64,000 bases of DNA from Octopus vulgaris (GCA_951406725.2 OX597814.1:22506001-22570000), one strand, 5' to 3'. Positions 9,951 through 22,659 are shown, counted from the first letter of the stretch. The notes: generated by a model not told the origin, from the sequence alone. Program-made: numbers and translations.

Positions 9951-10699
9951 ATATACTTATATTTGAGAAGTGAATTTATTTCATTCTGGCCCAAATTTAT
10001 AAATTGTAAGCCAACTTCTTTCGACTAGCTCATTTAGAAATCAAACGTTGATGCGCGTACTTATCCGATAAGGAAAAAGAAAACAGTGAAATCGCTGTAT
10101 ACAATGATTATCGAATAAGTAGAGCACATTGCATAACAATAGGAAGGAGAATATCAAATATTATGAGAATACAATGGAATATATATTTAGTGGCATGAAC
10201 TTACATAACGTCCTTTTACCAATGAAACCAATAGTTATCCTTAAATGAAAAAGGTTACAAATCACTGTTATATGGGTGATACTGGCATATGGAATACATC
10301 AAGCCAGGGAGAAAATGAAATAAATTGCTTTAGTAAGATAATAGAGTGTAAAATATTTGGAAAGTTGCATAATTCACCTGGTTATATGAACAGTATGTTC
10401 AATAATGATATCAGTTGATATCAGATGACTTTAGAAACAGAAATTTTGAATATCAGTAACACAACGTGGTACTATTACTCGTGACGGAATATACATCCAT
10501 CCATGTATCCATACATACATACATACATACATACATACATACATACATACATACATTATACTCTAAGCGACAAGTTGCGTATTTGGCGTGGGAGACTATT
10601 TATCGAAAATATGCTGACTACTATCTCCAACTTTGGAGCCACAACTATCAACGTTTTTAAATAACTGGTTAACCTTCAGATGAATTAACTGAGGGAACC

Positions 10700-13110
10700 T
10701 TTTATTCACGATCGTAGTGATTTTCGACTGAAACTTGAATTTAGCATGCAGAGAGTCACAACAAACAAAATGGCCGGGCACAACATCAATAACAACACAA
10801 TCGAGGAACAGAACAAAAAACAATAGCTCAACAGGTAAACCAATTCCTTCTAGCTGTAGTTATAACAGAAACCGTAACTACAAAACTCATTTCTCTAGGA
10901 GTTATGAATTGAATAATGATCTATTTAACTGCTACGAAAAACCGAGACAAAACCCCGCTGTTGGCTATATGAATCGACTGAAATTATATTGGGACGATCT
11001 GCATTCAGAATTAAATCATTTTACTGCGAAGCAACCATGCCAACAAGCAACATTTGTAGAACATAGAAAGAAGGTTAGTAACGTAACTTTATTAAAAGAG
11101 AGAAAATTAACCTTCTTCCCAATTCTATAAGCAAAATGGAAAACGTGAATGACATAAGACTACCACGTGTTTTCGCAGCTAGCGACATTGCAACAGACTC
11201 CATAGTGCCTGCCAGCCAAACTACATTACTGGCTCACGTAATTGACCACTGTCCCCCTACTACGACTATGGTAAATAGTAGGCAGGACCGCAACGATTAT
11301 TGTAGTAGTAGTGGTAGTCAGGATTATATGCCTTACGGAAATTTTCTGAGAAAAAAATAACTTTGTTTTTGAAGCTCTCTTTCGAGGAGAGAGAATTCTC
11401 TACCAAAGTAAGTAAATAAAAACATCAGATACCGTATTAAAAGTTGTTAACGAAATTGGTGATGAGTATTTGGAATTGTGTCATGAACCCACATACTGGC
11501 AGATTAACGCCTGTCTATATGCGCTGGCTACTACTGTAAAATAGTACATGAATGATATTCACAAAGTAAACAAAATCGAAATAGCAAAGAAAGTACCATC
11601 ATGGGTTTTGAAGACAAAGAAAAAGATAACTGGTTTACGGAAAGCCATCAGTCATGTAATGATGCTTATTGCTTACAAACAAGCAAATCACCATACGTCC
11701 TACAAACAGAAAGAAAAGAAGGAGACAGCAAAAAGAGGGTACTCACTTGCAAATTGATTACCCTCAAGCAGGAGCTAAAAGCTGTCAGTGAAAAACTCCG
11801 ACATCAGAAGAGAATAACCGAGAGATGAACAATAAACAAAAACTTTAACCATAATCAGGTAGCAGTATACAGAGACATGAGAGGCGGAGCAGTAAATATC
11901 ATGGAAGCGCCTTCACAAAAAGATATAGACACCTTCTGAAGGAAAATCTGGAGAGGAATTTAACCAAGATGCTCTGTGGCTGGAAGAAATCCGAAAAAGT
12001 TATTGCTCCTGGATTACATTCAAGACATACAACATTGATGATGAAACACTTGCAATTGTGATCCAGAAACTCCAGGATGGAAAAGTTCCTGGTAGAGACT
12101 TGATCGTTGGCTATGGATACAAGAAGCTAACATTCTACCGACTATATCTTATCAATCTGTACCAGCAAGATTTCATTGGGAACAGTAGCATACCACACTG
12201 TTGGCTCTGGCAGAGACAAAATTGATCCCTAACTGCAGAACCACCCACGTGGCAACAAACTACCGGCCAATTTCATACCAGAACTTAATGTTTAAGATAT
12301 ATGCAGCACGTTTAAAGCTCTTCCTCCAGGTCTATTGTGAAACCAATAACATTATCACTGCAGAGCAAGCAGCTGGGGAAAAGGGAGTCTGGGGATGTGC
12401 CGAGCAATTGTTAATAAACAAAACTGTGATGTCAGAGGTGCGAGAGCATAGAAGAAACCTAGTTTCAATGTGGATAGACTATAAGAAAGCCTTTGCTAGA
12501 AGCCCTTCAACTTCATAAAGTTACAGTGAAAGCCATAGCTGACCTGACTTCATCGTGGGCACCATCTTGAAATTAAACAGAAAGTGACTGTATTATCACC
12601 GATAGAATACAATATCACAAAGATATATTCCAAGGAGACAGCCTCTATCTGTGATGTTTATACTTTCTGTAAACCCCTTGTCATTCATGTTAAGGAAGTC
12701 TGAAGGATATCTCACTGTTTCAAGGAAACAGAAATACCAAAATTACACAGTTTCTTTGTGGATGACTTAAAACTTTATGCAAAAAATATGTATGACATGA
12801 AAAAGGACCTTTACCTAGTTACTACATTCTCTTAGGATGTAGGGTTGGATATTGGTCAGGATAAACGTTGTTATATGATTGTGAAAAGGGGAAAACTATA
12901 ATCCGTACTAGTAACATCTCCGTCAATGATGTTACAGTTTCCCTTGTATCTGACGAAGGATGTTACAGGTATTTCGGGGTGGATGAAAATATATCTTACA
13001 ATGGCACCTGAAATAAAACAAGTGTCACTAAAGAATATTAGAGCCGAATAAAGAGAATTTCGACCTCAGAATTCTCTGCATTTGATAGAGATAAAACCTT
13101 TCTGACACTG
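10700..13110 (+). mobile_element. Degenerate non-LTR retrotransposon (R4/Dong-like) RT region
   Basis: Fragments KVPGRDLIVGY, NYRPIS.QNLMFKIY, IITAEQAAGEKGVWGCAEQLLINK, WIDYKKAF, IFQGDSL, FFVDDLKLYA, with many stops and frameshifts; boundaries approximate. Confidence 0.85.
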
Positions 13111-13277
13111 ATGGAGGATTCAGACTGAAAGTCAAAAACAGGACTTACTCAACGTCATCTAAATGAAATATACATTCAGCTATGTCGATCTTCAAAGAAG
13201 ACGTAATCTCGTAGGGCACCGAGTGCACGTGCAGTCATACCTCGTGATACTTTACGTTGGTTTATAAATAGACTATT

Positions 13278-13398
<121 letters not shown>

Positions 13399-13791
13399 GT
13401 TGAAATAAAATAGAATTTTGGGCTCTAAAGTATTTAATTTAATACTTGAATGTGATTCAATAAATGAATCTTCTCCTAAAGTTTTCGTGTCCATTCAAAT
13501 AACGTTCTGCTGGTTTTATCCATTTCAAAACTTAAAATTTGAACTGTTAGATACGAAAGAAATCAATATTTCAATTCAAAGTTAAATAATTTGCCAATTG
13601 TGCTACAATCGATAGTTTTCGAAATAGTTGACACAAAACAGTCGCAATGTCAGCAAATTCTGTAGAAATAAAACGGAGTAAATTTATTTGCCAGATATAT
13701 AATATAAACGAAATATATGAATTTCTTTATACGGAATCTAAACACTAAGTTTGTGATAAGATGAATGCTAGTCACGAAAGCATATGCACAT

Positions 13792-13869
<78 letters not shown>

Positions 13870-13943
13870 AATATTAGGGAATAAATCCAAACTTACAGGG
13901 AAAAATCAGATTTAGGATTGAATCCAATTTTATAGTAAAATAT

Positions 13944-14331
<388 letters not shown>

Positions 14332-14551
14332 CTATATATAAACGGCAGTTTGTCTGTGCGTGCTTCTGTGTGTCTGTTTTCTCGTACCCTCACCCTGACC
14401 ACGGCTTTCAACCGATTCTGATGAAACTTGACACACACATAGCCCAATGTCATAATTCAAAACTAACGCAGCGAAAATTTTGAAAAGTTCCCCCAGTTCT
14501 GAAAAAATTGATAAATTCGACATGGGGTCGAGAATCATAAACATGAACCAC

Positions 14552-14983
14552 AGACTGTCTAGGGGACGCAACTCGAGAATCTAAGCTTTTTTTATGCAAC
14601 GCATTATCTATGGTAGTTTTCACAACTTGCAATCGATTTTCACCAAACTCATGGTGAAGCTTAATGTTACCTAAGAAACTCAATTCTGACGTTAGTTTTC
14701 CATGCAATACCTTACCATCAGAAACAATCGATAAAATCATGCCATTTTGGGAAATCGCGTTCAAATTCAAGATGACATATTTTCGACAATATCTTTCACA
14801 AATTGGCAGGAATCTTTTTTTTTTTCACAACGAGCATCATGTCTGCTCCAAGGAGCTATATAGCCCTTTTTATTCCAATAGGATACATTATTGGAAAAAA
14901 TCGGTTAATTTAATCATACGTGGCACACATAGCAAACAAATTTGTGTATTAAACACAAACAAGACTGTCTAGGGGACGCAACT
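14552..14983 (+). repeat. 22-bp direct repeat pair in the Helitron 5' region
   Basis: AGACTGTCTAGGGGACGCAACT at 14552-14573 and 14962-14983. Confidence 0.9.
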
Positions 14984-15353
14984 TGACCTTTTTAGCTATC
15001 GATAATTCGATCCAACCAATTCCTACCAGGAAGAAATTACATTCGAGACTTTACCCCCAACACCGCCACTTCTGCTAATAGCTGCTGCAGCCACAAGTTA
15101 TTCGAATACTCTTTTGGTTTAAACTTTCTTTATAACTACCACCCCAAACGTTTTACCTTCAATTTTTGACGTACCCTAACGGTCCTCGGACGCTACTTGC
15201 AAACTCTTGGTTTATTATAAACCACTTTTGTCGTGTGCATCAAAAAACTTTTCCTTTCGTTTGTTCAGTTTGATCACTTTTGACTTTTTTGTTGTTGTCA
15301 CTCACATTGCTGCCAGCTTTTTGGCCGTTTTTGTACTTTTTATACATTTTCGG

Positions 15354-15475
15354 ATACTTACCCCACGAGCTCCTTTTTATTACACCTTTACCAAACACAT
15401 TACTATCCACCAAAATACTTACCCCACGTGTTCCTTTTTATTACACCTTTGCCAAACACATTGCTATCCACCAAA
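15354..15475 (+). repeat. 2 x 61-bp tandem repeat abutting the ORF1 ATG (copy B)
   Basis: atacttaccccacgagctcctttttattacacctttaccaaacacattactatccaccaaa followed by a near-identical unit, then ATG. Confidence 0.9.
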
Positions 15476-16888
15476 ATGCCACCCAAGAAGAGAAGGACCC
15501 TCCTCAGCCCTCGGACGGCCAAGGCATCGGCTGCTAGGGCTAGAAGGGCACGCGAGACCCACGAGGAAACCGCCTTGCGCCTCTCGCAAACAGCTTCCCG
15601 TTATGCCGCTGCTCAGGCATCTGAAACTACTAGCGACCGTTCTACCCGACTTGCAAGGGTCGCAGCGTACAGATCTTCCCTCCGCTCGAGGTTGACGAAA
15701 GAGCAACAGTCCAGCCAAAACATGCGGTCTTCTTACTGTGCTTCCATCCGCAGAGCTCGCGAGAACCCCGAACAAAGGGCCATTCGGAATGCGGCTAACG
15801 CCACTAGCACCGCCAGGACACGATCTGTCGAAACCTCACAGCAGAGGAGAACTCGCCAAGATGCTGACGCCGCAAACAAAGCCATGGCCAAAGCTGCCGA
15901 AACACCTCAACAGAGGAGAGCTCGCCAAGCTGCTAACGCCGCAAACACAGCCAGGGCTCGATCTGCCGAAACTCCACACCAACGGACTATTCGGACATCC
16001 AGACATGCCATTAACACTGCTTCTGCTAGGGCTTCAGAGGGTGCTGAGGCGAGAGCTGAAAGGCTTTCAAGGGATGCCACTGCTACCGCTGTCGCACGTG
16101 CATCTGAATCTGCTGAGGCACGGTGCACTCGACTTGAGAGTATCAACAAACGTCGGGATATCATTCGTGGTGTACGTACCCCTGCCCCCGCTTTCTGGTT
16201 GTCACTAGCATTCAACTACGACGCCACAATTAACTTCTCCTTGCGTGACGACATCAAGATAGGGTCAATGACAATTGTATGCCAGTTTTGCAAAGCCAAG
16301 AAATGGCCCGGAGAGCCACCTGGTTTGTGCTGCTCTGGTGGCAAAGTGGACCTGCCACCCCTACGGGAACCACCTCAACCACTGAAGGATCTCGCGGCGG
16401 GTTTAACCCCCGATTCGTCACAATTCCTTGAAATAATTCGAAAGTACAACTGCTCATTCCAAATGACCTCTTTCGGGGCCAAAATTCCTCCCAGAGAAGG
16501 CTGGATGCCTACTTTCAAAGTGCAGGGACAGGTCTACCATCTTATTGGGTCACTTCTGCCAGACGAGATTCAGCAGTCTTCTTTCCTCCAAATATACTTC
16601 ATTGCCGACTACAACCACCAGGTTGATGCACGCCTTGGAATAATACCGGGTACAAGCTATGTTCCCCCAAAGACGTTCTTCTCCGTCTCCAAACCATGCT
16701 TCATGATATCAACAGCTACGTCTGCAGCTTCAGATATGCCTTGGACAGTGCTCCATCTCCAAACTTCACCGTTGTCATTGATGCTGATAAACGACCCCAC
16801 GGGGAGCACGAACGCCGTTTCAACGCACCTGCGTGCAACGAAATTGCCGCAGTCATACACGGAGAGCAACACAACAGCCGTGACATAA
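15476..16888 (+). CDS. Helitron ORF1 (NLS, STPR-like repeats, Cys-rich N-domain)
   Basis: Translation identical to copy A ORF1. Confidence 0.88.
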   Translation: MPPKKRRTLLSPRTAKASAARARRARETHEETALRLSQTASRYAAAQASETTSDRSTRLARVAAYRSSLRSRLTKEQQSSQNMRSSYCASIRRARENPEQRAIRNAANATSTARTRSVETSQQRRTRQDADAANKAMAKAAETPQQRRARQAANAANTARARSAETPHQRTIRTSRHAINTASARASEGAEARAERLSRDATATAVARASESAEARCTRLESINKRRDIIRGVRTPAPAFWLSLAFNYDATINFSLRDDIKIGSMTIVCQFCKAKKWPGEPPGLCCSGGKVDLPPLREPPQPLKDLAAGLTPDSSQFLEIIRKYNCSFQMTSFGAKIPPREGWMPTFKVQGQVYHLIGSLLPDEIQQSSFLQIYFIADYNHQVDARLGIIPGTSYVPPKTFFSVSKPCFMISTATSAASDMPWTVLHLQTSPLSLMLINDPTGSTNAVSTHLRATKLPQSYTESNTTAVT

Positions 16889-19800
16889 TCATCTCCTCCC
16901 GTGGTAACAACCTACACAGGATCAGCGAGACTCACAGATCTTATGACGCGCTTCAGTATCCATTGCTTTTCCCTTATGGGGAAGACGGCTACCACTTCGG
17001 AATTCCTTTACGGCAGCCCTCCAATCAAACTACTGCGGCATCAAAGACGGTTTCCTGCAGGGCGTTCTACTCATACCGGTTCATGGTCAGGGAGGGTGAG
17101 TTCAACTTATTGCCCCGTTGTCGTCAGCTATTCAACCAGTTCGCCGTTGACATGGCCGCAAAAATGGAATCGGAAAGGCTGCTATACATTAAACTTAATC
17201 AGACCAAACTTCGCTCCGACTCCTACATTCATCTCCGTGACGGTTTGCAACAAGAAAATGACCCTCGCAACATCGGCAAGCCATGCATTCTACCCTCCAC
17301 CTTCACGGGAGGACCGCGATATATGCGTGAAAGGACCCAAGACGCCTTGACCTACGTGCGCATTTACGGCCGGCCGGACCTCTTTATCACCTACACGTGC
17401 AATCCCAGCTGCGACGAAATCACTCGCGAACTCCTCCCGGGTCAATCTCACACCCATCGACACGATATCGTTGCTAGGGTTTTCCGTCTGAATTTGGGCA
17501 AAATGAAGGATTTGATAGTTAAGGGTCAGATTTTCGGGCATGTCAGGTGCCACATGTTTTCGGTCGAGTGGCAAAAGAGGGGCTTGCCACATGCTCACAT
17601 CTTAATTTGGCTCACTCATAAAATCGAGACTAATGACATTGACAAATTCATTTCCGCCGAGATTCCTGACCCCGATGAGGACCCCGGACTCTACGAAATT
17701 GTCCGCACTACCATGGTACACGGGCCCTGTGGACCAAATTACGCCAACACACCATGCTACAAAAACGGATTAGCCTGCTCAAAGGGATTCCCTAAACGGT
17801 TCACTTTGGAGACTCAAACAGGCGGCGATGGGTATCCGCTGTACAAACGAAGGAGTCCAGCCAATGGAGGCCGCACGATTACGGTTGGGCGACATCAAGT
17901 GGACAACAGCTACATTGTCCCCTACTGTCCTCTCCTGTCGAAGATATTCAAAGCCCACGTCAACGTTGAGTTCTGCAGCTCCATCAGGTCAATACAATAT
18001 GTCTGCAAATATATCAACAAAGGCAGCGATGCTGCCATGTTCAGCATCCAGAGGACTACCAGTCGCGACGAAGTGTCCAACTACTTGGCTGGCCGGTACC
18101 TCAGCAGCAACGAAGCGTTTTGGCGCATTTACGGCTTCCCGCTCCATCAGAGACACCCGGCTGTGGTGCAGCTTGCTGTACACTTGGAAAATGGACAGCG
18201 GATTTACTTCACAGAGCAAAGTGCTGTGCACATAGCCACCAGCCCTAAAGACACAACGTTGACTGGTTTCTTCAAATTATGCCAACGTGATGACTTCGCT
18301 CGAACGCTTTTGTACCCACAGGTCCCATCGTACTTCGTGTGGTCTAAAAACACCTGGGTCCGACGGAAATCCGGCAAAAACGTCGAAAGCTTCCCAGGCG
18401 TCAAGTTTGACTCCTGCCTGGGTCGAGTTTACAACATCCCGCCAAACCAGCAAGAATGCTTCTACCTCCGTCTCCTTCTACATGAGGTCACTGGTCCAAC
18501 AGGTTTCGCCAATATACGTACCGTCAATGGGGTTCTGTGCGACACCTTCAGGGAAGCATGTATGAGACTTGGCCTTCTAGAGGATGACTCCCAGTGGGAC
18601 GCCACGATGGCAGAGGGTGCTTTACTGCAAACGCATTCGGCCCTACGACATCTTTTCGCAATCCTTCTTCAAAAATGTCAGCTTAGTGATCCACTAAGTC
18701 TCTGGATGAAATACAGGGATGACATGTCGCACGACTTCTTACGTACGGCTCAGCAACACTGCCCTTCCGCCGAGATCACGTTCACCAACTTCATTTACAA
18801 TTTTGCGCTCATTCAACTCGAAGACGCTGTCATCGATATGGGTGGGTCTGCTTTAACAGAGTACGGCCTTCCACCACCCACACGTGAACACGCCAATGTT
18901 ATGTCTGCTGAATTGTTACGCGAAACTTCCTACTGCATTGAGGAACTGCACCAGTACGTCCAAGATAATGAACCACGGCTGATTCCAGACCAGCGCATAG
19001 CCTACAACACCATCGTAGACTCTGTCAGACAGCAACGTGGGGGATTTTCTTCCTTGATGCACCCGGCGGCACTGGCAAAACCTTCGTCACTAAACTAATT
19101 CTGGCAGAGGTCAGACGCAACACGGACATTGCCCTGGCTGTAGCTTCCTCTGGTATCGCGGCCACGTTGCTTCCGGGTGGCAGAACCGCCCACTCTGCCT
19201 TCAGACTCCCGCTCGATCTGGCAAAGTCCGAGTCACCTATCTGCAACATCGCCAAGAACTCAGAACAGGCCGACATTCTGCGCAGATGCAAACTCATCGT
19301 ATGGGACGAGTGCACTATGGCACACAAAGGCGCCCTTGAGGCACTGGACAGGTCCCTGCAAGACATCAGAGACTCTACGGCCCCCATGGGAGGATTAACT
19401 TTACTTCTTTCAGGAGACTTCAGACAGACTCTACCTGTTATTCCAAAAGGAACCCGTGCCGATGCCGTGCGCGCGTGCCTTAAGTCGTCAGCTCTTTGGG
19501 CACATGTGCGGCCCTTGCACCTCCAAACTAACATGCGCGCGCAGTTAATTGGTGACAGCGGATCCGCTGCATTCTCCAGGGACCTCTTATCGCTCGGTGA
19601 AAATAGGATGCTGTCTGATGCGGATGGCTACGTTCAATTGGACTCACTTTGCACCATTGTCGATACCCCTGCTAGCCTCCGGGACGCTGTCTTCCACGAC
19701 CTACAAAACAATTTACGCGACCTAAAATGGCTGGCAGGCAGAGCTATTCTCGCACCCAAAAATACAACCGTCAACTCCATCAATATCCAGCTACTTGAAG

Positions 19801-20345
19801 CTATTCCTGGTGATGTCCACGTCTACAAATCTATAGATAGGACAGCAGACCCCGCCCAGCTTGCCGATTATCCTGTTGAATTCCTGAATTCACTTGAACC
19901 GCCAGGCCTGCCACCACACATCCTGAAGTTAAAAGTCGGTGCGCCCATTATGCTCATCAGGAATTTGGTTCCACCTAAACAGTGCAACGGCACACGTTTG
20001 GTTGTGAAACATTTGGCACCACATTTAATAACGGCCACAATACTTACCGGTTGTGGGAAGGGAGAGGACGTCTTCATTCCACGGATGCACCTTCAACCGT
20101 CGGGCGCTGACCTACCAATCCACTTCAGGCGTTCTCAGTTTCCTGTTAAACTCTGCTTCGCAATGTCCATCAATAAATCCCAAGGCCAAACGCTACAAGT
20201 CGCTGGGTTACATTTGGGCGAACAGTGCTTCGCCCACGGTCAACTCTACGTGGGCTGTTCACGCGTTGGGAGGCGCAATGATGTTTTCATGTTTTCGCCC
20301 AAACGGACAGCTAGGAACATCGTATATACAGAAGTATTCCAGTGA
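16696..20345 (+). pseudogene. Helitron RepHel ORF2 with a 1-bp frameshift just before Walker A (may be an assembly error)
   Basis: Same protein as copy A but G5 at 19039-19043 versus six bases in copy A (3158-3163), splitting it into 800-aa and 392-aa ORFs. Confidence 0.85.
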
Positions 20346-20439
20346 AGACAAGACATTGCAACGTCCACATGCACCTTCGTTCCCTGGAGGGAAAGGACTA
20401 CATTGGGATTAGTCGTTGCCTACTAGGGGCTCTTACATA

Positions 20440-20455
20440 CCCGGGCAACGCCGGG
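20440..20455 (+). terminator. Helitron B 3' subterminal hairpin
   Basis: CCCGG-GCAACG-CCGGG, 12 nt before the end of CTAG. Confidence 0.9.
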
Positions 20456-20489
20456 CTATGCTGCTAGTGTATATATATATATATATATA

Positions 20490-20737
20490 TTCGCCCTTTT
20501 AAAGCCTAGCCAGGCTCATGGGCCCGGTTTCCTGGTTTCTATGGCGTATGTGTTCTCCAGCTGGACGGGACGCCAGTCCATCTTAGCGTTACTCCTTTGT
20601 GCCAACTGAGTGGACTGGAGCAACGGGAAATGAAGTGTTTTGCTCAAGAACACAACGTGTCGCCCGGTCCAGGAATCGAAACCACAATCTTACGATCATG
20701 ATGCTGACACCCTAACTAGTAAGCTACGCGCCTCCAC
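20490..20737 (-). mobile_element. tRNA-derived SINE family C
   Basis: Minus-strand head tggaggcgcgtagcttactagttagggtgtc...ggtttcgattcctggacc then ttgagcaaaacacttcatttc core; head and core shared with 22660-22985. Confidence 0.75.
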
Positions 20738-20796
20738 ACACACACATATATATATATAGAGAGAGAGAGAGAGGGGGGAAAGGGAGAGATAGATAG

Positions 20797-20834
<38 letters not shown>

Positions 20835-21349
20835 TTCGTTGTTTTACAGTAGACAGTCTGCGTACCGATTTCAAGAGTTTTTGTTAGTCATTTAGCCCTT
20901 GTACTCAGTCTGGTACTTGTTTATCGATCTCTATTTAGCAAAAATGCCGATCCATTTATGTTTCTTTAAAACATAACTGTGTTTTATGGATTAAACATAT
21001 CACAGATCATTAATACATATCGTTGCTATTATGTTAAACTATCGTATGTCCAAATTTGGCCAAATGTGTTTTTATCAATATTTATTTTTGCTTGCGATAG
21101 CCGGGTCTTTTAGTCAAACTATCGTATCTCCAGCTGCTTCTGATGCAAAGATATCAAAAATTATCAAAGTGTAGTACAACGGTTTTGCTATGGAATGGTG
21201 AAACTATTCCTTCGTTTTTTGAAAAAGCAACGTTTTGGACTTACGACTCTTTTTCATAATAGCAATGAAATATGCAATCATACGAGCATACACACACAGA
21301 TACACGTTTAAAATTTCATCCTGCGTAGTTTCCGATCAGCATATTGAAT

Positions 21350-21917
21350 TCATATGACATTGATAGACCTGTGGATAATCCCTGAACGGGTCAAAAAGCT
21401 TGATTCAGGCGGCTTTGTAAAGCTGCTGGAGACTGGGGTGAAAGCCTGGCTGGAGAGGGTAATGCTGGAAGGCTATATATGTGGCAGCAAGATTCAGCTC
21501 CTTCACATACATCTGCAAAAAGTCAGAAATGTTTGTCAGAGAATTTCTATGACACCACTAGCTCCAGTTTCTGGCCGCCTAATTAACCCGATTGTTACCT
21601 CATGAATTAATATGTGTGGAACGCGTTTGAGAAAGAAACCATCTACTCTGCTTGCAACATCAAGGCCGAGCTGGTGCTCAAGGTCAAGGAGGGTTTCGAA
21701 GACCTTCCCAGGGACGTAATGAGGAGCCCATGTGCCAGCTTGCGGAACGGTCTTGAGGCCGTGGTGGAAGCTGAGGGCAGCTACTTTGTGAGTAAACTGT
21801 ATCTCCCAGCCATAATCCGGCTGATGTTTTCTTTTATTTTTTAAAATACTCCTATTTTTGGATAAGATGTTGCCTTCTTTTCTTTTTATGCAAACTGTCA
21901 AATTTAGTCCAAACACC

Positions 21918-21922
<5 letters not shown>
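21350..21922 (+). mobile_element. Tc1/mariner (maT/DD37D-like) transposase 3' remnant with right TIR
   Basis: WQQDSAPSHTS, FWPPN, VWNAFEKET...LEAVVEAEGSYF across frameshifts; ends in a TIR-like aaacaccctctg. Confidence 0.75.
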
Positions 21923-21953
<31 letters not shown>

Positions 21954-22014
21954 ATGCGCGCGCGCGTGTGTGTGAGTGAGTGTGAGTGTAAGTGCGTGTG
22001 AGTGTATGTGTGGC

Positions 22015-22052
<38 letters not shown>

Positions 22053-22659
22053 AAGAAAGACAGACAGTCAAAGAGATAGAGAGAGTTACACGCTTATATA
22101 TATGAATATATATGTGTTTGTGCGTGACTGTGTTTGTGTTTGCGTGTCCGTATGTGTATCCTCATGTGTGCACGTATCTATGATTAGCAATTCAACTTAT
22201 CTAAAAATCCGATCTTTCGACTCCTTGTAAACAAATCCATTTAATTCGTTTACTTTATATATCTGGCAAATAAATCCATTTAATTTTATTTCTCCCTAAG
22301 TTTACTGAAATTGTGACAAGAGTTGTGTCAACTATCTGAAAACTATCGGCTGTAGCAATTGGCAGATTATTTAACTTCGAATTGAAATATTGATTTCCTT
22401 CTTATCTTGCAGTCCAAAAGTAAAGTGAAGAAGTGGATAAGAAGTTATCTGAACGAACACGAAAACATGAAGGGCAGATTCAAGAATTGAATTAAATAAT
22501 TTAGAGCCCTATATACTACATACCGCAAATCAGTTTCTCTCTTTGAACTGTGATTAGATGAAATAGATTTCTTACACTCCTCTATATAATAGTAGTATTA
22601 TCTGAGGTAAAATCAGCTGGAGTAAAAGGAACTTTGGATACTACGTCCTCTTTAGATAA

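Noticed and set aside
15354-15475. CRISPR-like array
   Set aside because: Only two adjacent units without spacers; eukaryotic context and no cas genes
16650-16672. 23-nt GT...AG segment whose removal would fuse ORF1 and ORF2 in frame
   Set aside because: Far shorter than plausible spliceosomal introns in this kind of genome; kept only as a remote alternative
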